Origin: Candidatus Brocadiia bacterium
GTDB lineage: Bacteria > Planctomycetota > Brocadiia > SM23-32
DNA length: 35,306 nt
Assembly (NCBI GenBank): GCA_046483865.1
Contig: JAWOCH010000314.1
Location: 1-35,306 of the forward strand
Direction: 5' to 3'
How positions within the stretch are numbered: the stretch's first letter is position 1; each line of letters opens with the position of its first letter. Position numbers and translations under genes: made by a program. The notes beneath the pieces are model-generated. The model made no database searches. It had not been told where the DNA came from and worked only from the letters and a program-made list of their open reading frames with translations. Shown here in pieces: positions 1-8,339 of this stretch.

Positions 1-7
1 GGATCCC

Positions 8-862
8 ATGAGCCCACCCGCGCCGGAACAGATTCCCCCGCCGGAAACCCACAGCCGCGGGCCGACCGTTGTCCACCTGAATCCGTCCAACCCGGCGCGT
101 CATCTGCTCAACGACCTGTTCCGACTTCCCGAGCTTCTGGAGGACATCTCAGGGGGCAGCAGCCGCCTGGCCGGGCGAACGACCTGCTGGCACTGGCGCC
201 CGGACGGCGGGCAGCCCGGCTACCTGGTGCGCCAGTACGTGCACGGCGGCGCGCTCGGACGTCTCTGGGGCGCGTTGTTCACGGACTCCGAACGGATGCA
301 GCGGGAGCTGCGCGTGGTTCGCTACGCCGTGCTGTGCGGCGTGCCAACCCCCCATCCGGTGGCCCTGCGCGTGGAGCGCGTGTGGGGGCCTTTTGTCGAG
401 GGGCATCTGGTCACCGAGTACATCCCGGACGCGTTGAACCTGTTGGAGCTGTGCAAAGGCGACCAGGAAGGTTGGCCGCCTCAGCGGAGACACGCCGCGG
501 CCCATGCCGTCGCCGGCGCAGTAGCCCGGATGCACGACGCAGGCATAGACCACGCCGATCTGAACCTGAAGAACATCCTCGTGCAGCCCGGCGATGACGG
601 GCTGCGCACGCACATCATTGACCTGGACAAGGCGGTCGTGCGCCGCCCGCTGCCCCTGGGGCGTCGGATGGCCAACCTGGTGCGCCTCGACAGGTCCGTG
701 CTCAAGTGGGCTGCCAGCCGGCAGTCAGTCACCCTCAGCGACCGCTTGCGTGTAGTGCGCAGCTACCTGGGACACTATCCCGACTGGCGGAGCCAGTGGC
801 GACAGATTCTGCGCACCCACGCAACGCGCCACCTGCGCCACGTGCTCACGCGGCAGGCTTGA
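8..862 (+). CDS. Lipopolysaccharide kinase (Kdo/WaaP) family protein, KdkA-like
   Basis: 284-aa ORF with kinase catalytic-loop-like motifs IDHADLNLKNILV and IIDLDKA, typical of the Kdo/WaaP LPS kinase family. It lies upstream of kdsD-kdsC. The ATG is 7 nt from the window edge with no in-frame stop before it, so the 5' end could be truncated. Confidence 0.7.
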   Translation: MSPPAPEQIPPPETHSRGPTVVHLNPSNPARHLLNDLFRLPELLEDISGGSSRLAGRTTCWHWRPDGGQPGYLVRQYVHGGALGRLWGALFTDSERMQRELRVVRYAVLCGVPTPHPVALRVERVWGPFVEGHLVTEYIPDALNLLELCKGDQEGWPPQRRHAAAHAVAGAVARMHDAGIDHADLNLKNILVQPGDDGLRTHIIDLDKAVVRRPLPLGRRMANLVRLDRSVLKWAASRQSVTLSDRLRVVRSYLGHYPDWRSQWRQILRTHATRHLRHVLTRQA

Positions 863-935
863 CCACCACCTGCCTGCGCGCTACCATCCCCGTGGAGCGT
901 AGCCACCATGCACTCCTGCGGGAGGGCGCCGAGAG

Positions 936-1274
936 ATGGAGAGGGTCAACGCGAACGAGCTGGAGTACCGCAACACGGTCAGCGGGCCGAAATACCTGTT
1001 CCGAGGACCGCGGATAGACTGGGGGCTGATCCGCTTCCTGCCTGGCGAGGAGCTGGGCGCCCACTACCATAACGAGGTCGAGGAGACGTTCTACTTCCAG
1101 ACCGGTTCGGGTGTGTTCGTGGCCGACGGGCTGGAGTATGACATCAGCCCCGGCGATGCCTTCCGCGTCGACCCGGGAGAGGTCCACAACGTGCTCAACA
1201 CCGGCGACGGCCCCCTCGACGGTGTGTTCATCAAGCACACCTACCAGCCGGACGACAAGGTGGGCACCGGCTGA
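936..1274 (+). CDS. Cupin-domain protein
   Basis: 112-aa ORF with cupin motifs GAHYHNEVEETFYF and GDAFRVDPGEVHNVLNTG. GGGAGGG RBS lies about 9 nt upstream of the ATG. Confidence 0.75.
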   Translation: MERVNANELEYRNTVSGPKYLFRGPRIDWGLIRFLPGEELGAHYHNEVEETFYFQTGSGVFVADGLEYDISPGDAFRVDPGEVHNVLNTGDGPLDGVFIKHTYQPDDKVGTG

Positions 1275-1372
1275 CCCGCCCACGGGCAGACCGCGCGGCG
1301 GGGACGCCGCCTCTGCCGGGTCGGAGAGGGGAAGCCGGACGACGGGTAAGGGCGCCCCTTGACGAGCCGCTT

Positions 1373-1402
1373 TTGCAACTGAGCTGCCGGGCTGGCTATA
1401 AT
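1373..1402 (+). promoter_or_regulatory. Sigma70-type promoter candidate for kdsD-kdsC (TTGCAA-N18-TATAAT)
   Basis: TTGCAA at 1373-1378, an 18-nt spacer, then a perfect TATAAT at 1397-1402, about 50 nt upstream of the kdsD ATG. Confidence 0.45.
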
Positions 1403-1450
1403 CCCTGAGGGTCGGCTACACGCACACCTCTTGCCCACGGACCCGAGCAG

Positions 1451-2434
1451 ATGGACTACCTGGAAGAGGGCCTGGAGATCATCCGCCAGGAGATCAGTGC
1501 CCTCGAGGACATGAAGGACCAGCTCGGCCCGGAGTTCGCGCAGGCGGTCGAGTTGATCTTTGGATGCGAAGGCCGTGTGATCGTCACCGGCGTGGGCAAG
1601 GCCGGACTGGTCGGCCGCAAAGTCAGCGCCACCCTGGCCAGCACAGGCACGCCTTCCTACTGGATGCACGCCGTCGAGGCTCGCCACGGTGATCTCGGCC
1701 GGGTGCAGCCTGGCGATGTCGTCCTTGCGCTGAGCAACAGCGGCGAGACCGAGGTCGTCCAACTCCTGCCGGCGCTGAAGAAGCTGAACGTGCCGATCAT
1801 CGCCATCACGGGAGACCCCACTTCCGCCCTGGCGCAGCGCAGCGACATCGTGCTTCACATCGGTCGCGTCCGCGAGGCGTGCCCTCTTGGTCTGGCGCCG
1901 TCGTGCAGCACAACGGCCATGCTGGTGATGGGAGATGCACTTGCGCTTACCATCTTCCGCATCCGCAACTGGTCGCCCGAAGATTACGCCTTCTACCACC
2001 CCGGCGGCGAACTGGGTCGCAAACTCATCACCGTCAGAGAGATCATCAAGACCGAGCACGGCAATCCGGTCTGCGCGCGCGGCGCGACGGTCCGCGAGGC
2101 GCTCGGGGTGATCGGCGGCCGGGGCAGCTATGGCGCAGTCAACGTCGTGGACGGCGACGGACAGCTGGTGGGTTATTTCACCGACGGCGATTTCCGTCGG
2201 CTCATGCAGGACGGCGATGGCCAACTGCTGGACCGCCCCATCGGCGATGTGATGACCGCCGAGCCGAAGACTATCAGCATAGACAGCCTCGCCGCCGAGG
2301 CATACCGCGTGCTCCGAGACTGCCGCGTGGACAACCTGCCCGTGGTGGACCAGGACGGGCGGCCGGTCGGGATCCTGGACGTGCAGGACTGGCTGGACCT
2401 GGAGCGCGGCATGGACACGCCACCCGAGAAATGA
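1451..2434 (+). CDS. kdsD: Arabinose-5-phosphate isomerase (KpsF/GutQ/KdsD family; SIS domain plus tandem CBS domains)
   Basis: 327 aa. SIS motif VIVTGVGKAGLVGRKVSATLASTGTPS and SNSGETEV, and a C-terminal CBS pair (NVVDGDGQLVGYFTDGDFRR; LPVVDQDGRPVGILDVQD). Adjacent to kdsC. Confidence 0.85.
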   Translation: MDYLEEGLEIIRQEISALEDMKDQLGPEFAQAVELIFGCEGRVIVTGVGKAGLVGRKVSATLASTGTPSYWMHAVEARHGDLGRVQPGDVVLALSNSGETEVVQLLPALKKLNVPIIAITGDPTSALAQRSDIVLHIGRVREACPLGLAPSCSTTAMLVMGDALALTIFRIRNWSPEDYAFYHPGGELGRKLITVREIIKTEHGNPVCARGATVREALGVIGGRGSYGAVNVVDGDGQLVGYFTDGDFRRLMQDGDGQLLDRPIGDVMTAEPKTISIDSLAAEAYRVLRDCRVDNLPVVDQDGRPVGILDVQDWLDLERGMDTPPEK

Positions 2435-2444
2435 CAGCCAACCC

Positions 2445-3002
2445 ATGCGCCTGCTGCACGAAGAAGCCCGAGAGCGCGCCCGTAGCGTCAGACTCGTCAT
2501 CATGGACGTGGACGGCGTGCTGACCGACGGCCGCGTCCTCTACTCCGCCGACCGGGAAGGCGTGCTGTTCAACGTGCACGATGGCACGGGTATCAAGTAC
2601 CTGCACCGCTGCGGCATCCAGACGGCGCTGGTCACCGGCCGGAACATCCAGGCCGTGCGCCGCCGCGCTGAGTCGCTCGGAATCCCGCATCTGGTCCAGG
2701 GCGCCAGGGTGAAGATGGACGCCTATGAGCAGGTGCTCGCAGATGCCCAAATGCCCGACGAAGCCGCGGCCTACGTGGGCGACGACCTGACCGACATCCC
2801 GGTGATGCGGCGGGTTGGGCTGGCGATTGCCGTGCCCGACGCCGTCAGCGAAGTCCTGGAGCGCGTGCACGCCGTCACCGAGAAACGCGGTGGGCACGGC
2901 GCGGTGCGCGAGGCGGCGGAGTTCATCCTGAAAGAGCAAGGCAAGTGGCAAGGCATCCTTCAGCGATACTTCGAACCGGATGAAGGGAGTGCGCAGACGT
3001 GA
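2445..3002 (+). CDS. kdsC: 3-deoxy-D-manno-octulosonate-8-phosphate phosphatase (HAD superfamily, KdsC family)
   Basis: 185 aa. HAD motif I is VIMDVDGVLTDG. TGRN and VGDDLTDIPVM motifs are also present. Immediately downstream of kdsD. Confidence 0.8.
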   Translation: MRLLHEEARERARSVRLVIMDVDGVLTDGRVLYSADREGVLFNVHDGTGIKYLHRCGIQTALVTGRNIQAVRRRAESLGIPHLVQGARVKMDAYEQVLADAQMPDEAAAYVGDDLTDIPVMRRVGLAIAVPDAVSEVLERVHAVTEKRGGHGAVREAAEFILKEQGKWQGILQRYFEPDEGSAQT

Positions 3003-3823
3003 GCACAGAGCTGGAAGCAGACCTGGACGGCATGGTGGTGGCGCTTACGGGCGGGGGAGGCGTCTTGTGCGGCACTATGGCCCGTGCCCTTGCGCGGCGC
3101 GGAGCGGCCGTTGCCATACTCGACGTGCTGGAGGAGGCGGCGCAGGAAGTGGCCGACGACATTCGCGAGGACGGAGGCACCGCCCTGCCCGTCGTCTGCA
3201 ACGTGCTGGAGAAGGAGCAGATACGCCGCGCCGTCCAGACGGTCGAGGAGCAGCTCGGACCGACCGACGCGCTGATCAACGGTGCGGGGGGGAACCGGGC
3301 CGAAGCCACCACCACGCCCGACCTGCCGTTCTTCGACCTGCCCCAGGACGCCGTGCGATGGGTGTTCGAGCTGAACTTCCTGGGCACCTTTCTGTCCTGC
3401 CAGGTTTTCGCCCGGCGCATGGTCGAGCGGGAGGCCGGGAACATCATCAACATATCGAGCATGTGCGCCTTCCGCCCACTGACCCGCGTTTCGGCCTACT
3501 CGGCGGCCAAAGGCGCCGTGAGCAATTTCACGCAGTGGCTTGCGGTGCATCTGAACCAAAACTACGGGCCCGGCATTCGCGTCAACGCCATCGCCCCGGG
3601 TTTCTTCCTCACCGAACAGAATCGCTACCTGCTGACTGATGTCGAAACCGGTGAGTTGACGCCACGGGGGCAGACCATCCGGGACCACACTCCGATGGGA
3701 CGGTTCGGTGACCCGGAGGACCTGATCGGCACGCTGCTGTGGCTGCTGAGCGAGTCCTCCGATTTCGTCAACGGCATTGTGGTGCCGGTGGACGGCGGCT
3801 TCAGCGCCTTCAGCGGAGTGTGA
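2999..3823 (+). CDS. SDR-family oxidoreductase (UxuB/YjmF-like short-chain dehydrogenase)
   Basis: 274 aa. Rossmann motif TGGGGVLCGTMARALARRGAAVAILD, plus NGAGGN and a YSAAK catalytic Tyr-Lys. The GTG start overlaps the kdsC stop (GTGA). Confidence 0.75.
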   Translation: MSTELEADLDGMVVALTGGGGVLCGTMARALARRGAAVAILDVLEEAAQEVADDIREDGGTALPVVCNVLEKEQIRRAVQTVEEQLGPTDALINGAGGNRAEATTTPDLPFFDLPQDAVRWVFELNFLGTFLSCQVFARRMVEREAGNIINISSMCAFRPLTRVSAYSAAKGAVSNFTQWLAVHLNQNYGPGIRVNAIAPGFFLTEQNRYLLTDVETGELTPRGQTIRDHTPMGRFGDPEDLIGTLLWLLSESSDFVNGIVVPVDGGFSAFSGV

Positions 3824-3834
3824 GGCGGCCTGAC

Positions 3835-5124
3835 ATGGACTTCGCAGCACTGTCCCACTGGATCGGCAATCAGTCCGACGCCATGGTCCAGCTCCAGGCG
3901 GACCTGACGGCGCGCCCGGCCATCGGACCGGATAACGGCGGGAAGGGCGAATGGGAACGCGCGCGCTTCCTGGAGCAGTACCTGGCCGGTCACGGCATCG
4001 AACGCATCGAACACTACGACTGCCCCGACGACCGTGTGCCCGAGGGGACGCGGCCGAACCTGGTGGCGACGGTGCCCGGCCAGGCCGAAGCGCCGCACAT
4101 CTGCGTGTTGACGCACCTGGACGTGGTGCCGCCGGGCAGGCGCAAAGAAGATGGTTCCTACGAAGGTTGGAAAGGCGATCCGTTTGAGCTGCGCCGCGTG
4201 GGCGATCGCATCTTCGGCCGGGGCGTCACGGACAACCAGCAGTCCATCGTCAGCTCCGTCTTCGCCGCCCGCGCTTTGCTTGAACACGGCCTGCAACCGG
4301 CCCACGATGTCCGGCTGCTGTTCGTTTCCGACGAGGAGACCGGCAGCGAGCGGGGGCTGGGCTATCTGCTGGACGAGCATCGCGAACTGTTCAGCGAGGA
4401 CGACCTGATCATCGTCCCCGACGCGGGCAACGAGGACGGCTCGATGGTCGAGGTGGCCGAGAAGTCGGTCCTGTGGGTGGAGTTCACCGTCGCCGGCCAG
4501 CAGGCGCACGGCTCGCGTCCGGACCGGGCGGTGAACGCCTTCCGCGCCGCCAGCCGGCTGGTCTGCCGCCTGGACGAGCAGCTACACGAGCGCTACAGCG
4601 CGCGCGACGAGCTGTTCGACCCGCCGGTCAGCACGTTCGAGCCCACGCTGCACGCCGCCAACGTGCCGAACGTGAACACCATCCCCGGCCAGGACGTGTT
4701 CTGCTTCGATTGCCGCGTGCTGCCCGACAACGATCTGGACGACCTTCTCGATATGCTTCGCGCTGCCGCCGCGGAGACGGACGAAGCGCTGGGGACTGAC
4801 ACGACCTTCCGGATCCGCACGCGCATGGACGCCCCGCCGGCCACGCCGCCCGACGCGCCCGTAGTGCGGCTGCTGTGCAACGCCGTGCGGGAAGTGCTGG
4901 ACGTCGAGGCGCGGCCGATGGGGGTCGGCGGGATGACGGTGGCTTCCCTGTTCCGGCGGGCCGGTCTGCCGGTGGCGGCATGGATGACGGCCGGCGGCGG
5001 CGAGCACGAGGCCAACGAAAGCTGCCCCATCGCCAACATGGTCAACGACGCCCGCGTCTTCGCCCGGGTTTTCGCTAAAGGTATCTCGTCAAGGAAGCAC
5101 TATGACGAATCCGGATTGGGATGA
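3835..5124 (+). CDS. M20-family metallopeptidase/deacylase (ArgE/DapE/CPG2-like)
   Basis: Motifs HLDVVP, GRGVTDNQ and SDEETGS. I chose the ATG at 3835 (MDFAALSHW...) rather than the ORF-track start at 3739, because the earlier start would overlap the SDR gene. Confidence 0.75.
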   Translation: MDFAALSHWIGNQSDAMVQLQADLTARPAIGPDNGGKGEWERARFLEQYLAGHGIERIEHYDCPDDRVPEGTRPNLVATVPGQAEAPHICVLTHLDVVPPGRRKEDGSYEGWKGDPFELRRVGDRIFGRGVTDNQQSIVSSVFAARALLEHGLQPAHDVRLLFVSDEETGSERGLGYLLDEHRELFSEDDLIIVPDAGNEDGSMVEVAEKSVLWVEFTVAGQQAHGSRPDRAVNAFRAASRLVCRLDEQLHERYSARDELFDPPVSTFEPTLHAANVPNVNTIPGQDVFCFDCRVLPDNDLDDLLDMLRAAAAETDEALGTDTTFRIRTRMDAPPATPPDAPVVRLLCNAVREVLDVEARPMGVGGMTVASLFRRAGLPVAAWMTAGGGEHEANESCPIANMVNDARVFARVFAKGISSRKHYDESGLG

Positions 5125-5530
5125 ACCGCACCGTTTGAAGGAACTTGCGGACAAGCAGTTCGAGCAGGTGCCCGAACAACCGGGAACCTACCGTGTATAC
5201 CAGGAGGAGAGGCCAGTCCCGCGCGCCTTCGACACAGACGGATCCGGCACGCTTAGCATTGGCGAGTCCATTAACCTGCGGCAGCGGTTGCGCAGATTCT
5301 GGCTGTGCGCACAGGGGAAGCACCAACGGGGACACGCAGCCGGATGGAAGTACCGCGACTTCTGCTTCGAGTGCCGCTTTCCCCTGAAAGAGCTGCATGT
5401 CCAATGGGTCACAGCATCATCGAAGACGACTGCCCGGAATCGCGAAAGCGATGAGATGCGTGAATACCTCAAGCAGTTCGGTGAGCTGCCCCCGCTTAAT
5501 TACCAGTTCACCAAGAGGTACACGAGGTGA
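5102..5530 (+). CDS. Hypothetical protein, GIY-YIG-nuclease-like (tentative)
   Basis: 142-aa ORF with PGTYRVY ... LSIGESINLRQRLRRF ... ESDEMREYLKQFGELPPLNYQ. This resembles the GIY / YIG-Arg / Glu / Asn layout, although the GIY-to-YIG spacer is longer than canonical. AGGAAG RBS lies 4-5 nt upstream. GC is lower than in the flanks. Confidence 0.5.
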   Translation: MTNPDWDEPHRLKELADKQFEQVPEQPGTYRVYQEERPVPRAFDTDGSGTLSIGESINLRQRLRRFWLCAQGKHQRGHAAGWKYRDFCFECRFPLKELHVQWVTASSKTTARNRESDEMREYLKQFGELPPLNYQFTKRYTR

Positions 5531-5626
5531 CTCAAAGCCGGCAATGCGGGGTACAGCGGCACGTTCGCTACTGGAGCTTCAACATCGCGTTTCGCAGCAA
5601 TGCGTGCGGCAGCGAGAGGCCGGCTT

Positions 5627-5740
5627 CTGGAGTGCGGTGGCTTGCCACCGCTTTGCCGTTGCGGGGCTTGCCCCGCCTTTCCGCGCTCGCCGGCGGCAAG
5701 CCGCCGGGTTCCAAAGCGGCGCCGAGGCGCCGCACTCCAG
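5627..5740. repeat. REP-like cluster of four GC-rich hairpins bounded by two inverted copies of a roughly 29-nt unit
   Basis: Unit A is CTGGAGTGCGGTGGCTTGCCACCGCTTTG (5627-5655). Unit B is CAAAGCGGCGCCGAGGCGCCGCACTCCAG (5712-5740). They are reverse complements in their flanks, with compensatory changes in the stems. Hairpins lie at 5634-5651, 5661-5676, 5690-5707 and 5716-5733. Confidence 0.65.
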
Positions 5741-5982
5741 AGTCGTCTTCACCCATCGCAGCACCAACCGAACCCAATGAATCAATCTTGAAGGTCCACC
5801 AGAGAAGGAGCAGTCTACCACTTCGTACCAATGACGGGGAACGCGAAAAGCGACTCAGAACTCGGCTTTCCGGAAGGCCGAAGCTCGTCGTAGGTGGACT
5901 GCGTAGCGCGAGAGTTGCCTGTGGGTGCCTTCCCGAACCTTAGCAGCGGCCATTACACCATACCCTACGCCTCAGCCCTACC

Positions 5983-8154
5983 TTACTCCGGTTCCAACTC
6001 GGCGCCCATAACGGTCACCGTCAGTCCTTCCAGCAGGTCGGGCTCGGAGATGCGGGCGACCGACACCCCCTGCCGCGTGCGCACGCTCAGCACCGGTATG
6101 CGCATCTCCTTCCAATCGGCCAGCGGCAGCAGCGGCACGTCCAGCGTGCCGCGCAGCGGGCGGAGCGTCAACTCCCCCTCCAGGCGGTTCAGCGACAGGC
6201 CCGCCGCGGCCATCGTCATGCCCAGCACCGTCGCCCCCCGCGGGTAGAAAGCCAGGTAGTTGCCCTCGGTCGTGTCGTAATAGAGCGACGCGCCCCAGCC
6301 GCTGCCGGTGGCCGCCTGGTAGTCCCAGTAGCGCCCCACGTTGTCCAGCATGTCCACTCCCAGGTAGGCGGCCACGTAGTCGCGCCACATGTTCTGGCTG
6401 AACCAGACGGTCCGGTCCGAGCCGCTGGAGTGGCGGCATCCGTAGGGAGTCATCGTCCGGCGGGCAGCGGTCTCGATGTCTCGCGCGAAGCGGTTCAGTT
6501 TCCATCGGGGCATCTTGAGCCCGGCCAGGAACAGGTAGAGCAGCCCGTTGGCCGTGTAGATGGAGTAGTCGTCCCAGCCTTCCAGCTCCTCCCCTTCCAG
6601 GGGCTCGCCGGTCCAGGGGTCGGTGAGGCCTTCGGTGCTCTTGTCCAGAACCACGGCGTAGTGGTCATCCAGCCAGGCGCCCTCTTCGACCGCTTTGACG
6701 CCCTTGGAGGCGGCGGCCCGCCAGCGCTCGGCCTGGGAGCCCTTGGCGCCGCAGTGCTGCTCCAGCTCCGCCAGGGCCCACAGGGCGGCCTGGGCCTTAA
6801 CGGCCAGGTAGGTCTGCTCCCGCCCGAACTGCACCGCCGGGCTGGCGTCGTCTATCGTGTTGGCCGTGCCCAGGTCGGGCACACCGTTGCCGCTGGTGTC
6901 GGCCTTCACCAGGAACTCGCCCAGCCGCCGGCACAGGTCCAGATGCTCCTTCGCCTTCTCCGTCTGCCCGGTGAAAGCAGTCCACGCGGCCAGCATCAGC
7001 AGGTAGTTGGCCGTTTCCTCCACTTCCATGTGGTGGGAGTAGACCTGGTGCCCGACCACGTGGTCTCCGCCCATGTCGTGGCACAGGAAGGCCGTCTTGT
7101 TGCCCTCCGCCCCGACCAGCTCGGCGGCGTCCACCTCGAACTCCGCCCACTCATCCAGCAGCATGCCCAGCAGTTCCGGCCACAGGGCGAAATACAGCAG
7201 CGCGTCGTTGTACTCCACGTCTATGGTCGAGTGGTAGTAGCAGAGCCCCTCCCAGACGCTGAACCAGTCGGAGCCGTCCTGGCGCACGGCCCACCAGGAG
7301 TCCGCAAGGAAGGAATGGAACGCCAGTGCCGACAGGTTTCCCCCCGCGCTGCCCAGAGTCCAGCTTCCGAACGCAACGTCCAGCATGTCGCATCGCTTCA
7401 GGATCTTCTTCCTGTGCTCGGCGGCCCAGGCGACCATTGCCTTGCGGGACTCGAACGCTTCCACGTACTTCAGCGTAGCGGGCTGATCGAAGACCTGGAG
7501 CACGGGTTCAGCTATCCAGCAGGACCAGATCAGCCGCATCCGCGTCTCGGGTTCCTCCGCCAGGTTGAACGCCAGCCGCAACTCCGCCGGGCCGACCCGG
7601 TCGCCTGACTCCGCTTCCACCCAGGTCGCAACCGTCACCGACTGGGGCGGCAAGTCGTGACGCGCGGGCGCATTGCTGGTGAACCGATAGCGAAAGCCGC
7701 CCTCGCCCCCGTCGAACTCCACGCCCTCCCCCCGCAGGCCGAATACCAGCTCCCCCTGTTCCAGAGGCGAATCGGGCTCGATGTGCCGGAACTCGCCCAG
7801 CCGCCGCACGGTCAGGTCTACGTAGTAGAACGGCGCCGTCGAGATGCGCACATTACGGGGGTAGAACGGCGCCCGGATCTCCAGGACGACCTCCAGGCCC
7901 AGAGCAGGATGCACGCCGCGGTAGCTTATGCCGGTCAGGGCAGCAAACTGCTCCACGAACGGCAGCGGCGTGGCCTCGGAGCTGAACGGCAGCGTCCACG
8001 TCTGGCCCTCGGGCGTGCGCACGCCGGCGACCAGCTCCAGGGGCTGCTCCAGGAAACGTCCCGTTGCATTCTGGTAGACCTTGCGGTCGTAAGGATGGAA
8101 GATCAGGTTGAAGCGTCCGCCAAGCGTAGCGGCGGCATCGGCTATCGGCTGCAT
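5983..8154 (-). CDS. Glycoside hydrolase-like protein, GH52-like (beta-xylosidase family) by motif resemblance
   Basis: Long ORF. Segments WFSVWEGLCYYHSTIDVEYND, AFLCHDMGGDH, HMEVEETANYLLMLAAW and GNGVPDLGTANTIDDASP parallel, from my memory, the conserved blocks of GH52 enzymes. Start taken at ATG 8154 (MQPIADAA...), which is preceded by a GGGAGGG RBS. The ORF-track start at 8295 lacks this support. Confidence 0.55.
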   Translation of the reverse strand: MQPIADAAATLGGRFNLIFHPYDRKVYQNATGRFLEQPLELVAGVRTPEGQTWTLPFSSEATPLPFVEQFAALTGISYRGVHPALGLEVVLEIRAPFYPRNVRISTAPFYYVDLTVRRLGEFRHIEPDSPLEQGELVFGLRGEGVEFDGGEGGFRYRFTSNAPARHDLPPQSVTVATWVEAESGDRVGPAELRLAFNLAEEPETRMRLIWSCWIAEPVLQVFDQPATLKYVEAFESRKAMVAWAAEHRKKILKRCDMLDVAFGSWTLGSAGGNLSALAFHSFLADSWWAVRQDGSDWFSVWEGLCYYHSTIDVEYNDALLYFALWPELLGMLLDEWAEFEVDAAELVGAEGNKTAFLCHDMGGDHVVGHQVYSHHMEVEETANYLLMLAAWTAFTGQTEKAKEHLDLCRRLGEFLVKADTSGNGVPDLGTANTIDDASPAVQFGREQTYLAVKAQAALWALAELEQHCGAKGSQAERWRAAASKGVKAVEEGAWLDDHYAVVLDKSTEGLTDPWTGEPLEGEELEGWDDYSIYTANGLLYLFLAGLKMPRWKLNRFARDIETAARRTMTPYGCRHSSGSDRTVWFSQNMWRDYVAAYLGVDMLDNVGRYWDYQAATGSGWGASLYYDTTEGNYLAFYPRGATVLGMTMAAAGLSLNRLEGELTLRPLRGTLDVPLLPLADWKEMRIPVLSVRTRQGVSVARISEPDLLEGLTVTVMGAELEPE

Positions 8155-8339
8155 CTGGTCCCTCCCCTGGCCGGGGCGGCGGGCCGGGGTGCCGCCCGGA
8201 AACTGTCCCGGCAGGTCTGCTGTCGGCCCCTGTGGTAGCCACGCTACTGTACGGAAATCAGCCCGCAATGCAAGCGTGGGAGGGGCACGAACCACGCGCC
8301 CCGTTCGGGACGCAGCAGACGGCGAGGGGCGCTTGCGCG

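Noticed and set aside
1-6. The window begins with GGATCC (BamHI), which suggests a cloning-junction artefact.
   Set aside because: Several internal GGATCC sites exist (for example near 2371, 5240, 16188, 22609 and 23115), and the other end of the window is not a GATC site. This is most likely coincidence and has no biological meaning.
3739-3834. N-terminal extensions in the ORF track: 3739, 8295, 10196, 10915, 12800, 21085, 24164, 25006, 25494, 31992 and 32429.
   Set aside because: Each extension overlaps the preceding gene or lacks an RBS. In every case an internal start with a GGAGG-like RBS coincides with the beginning of family-conserved sequence.
5831-5893. A 20-codon plus-strand mini-ORF (MTGNAKSDSELGFPEGRSSS) in the non-coding stretch after the REP-like cluster.
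   Set aside because: The nearest GGAG is about 22 nt from the ATG. There are no recognisable features, and the length is within random expectation.
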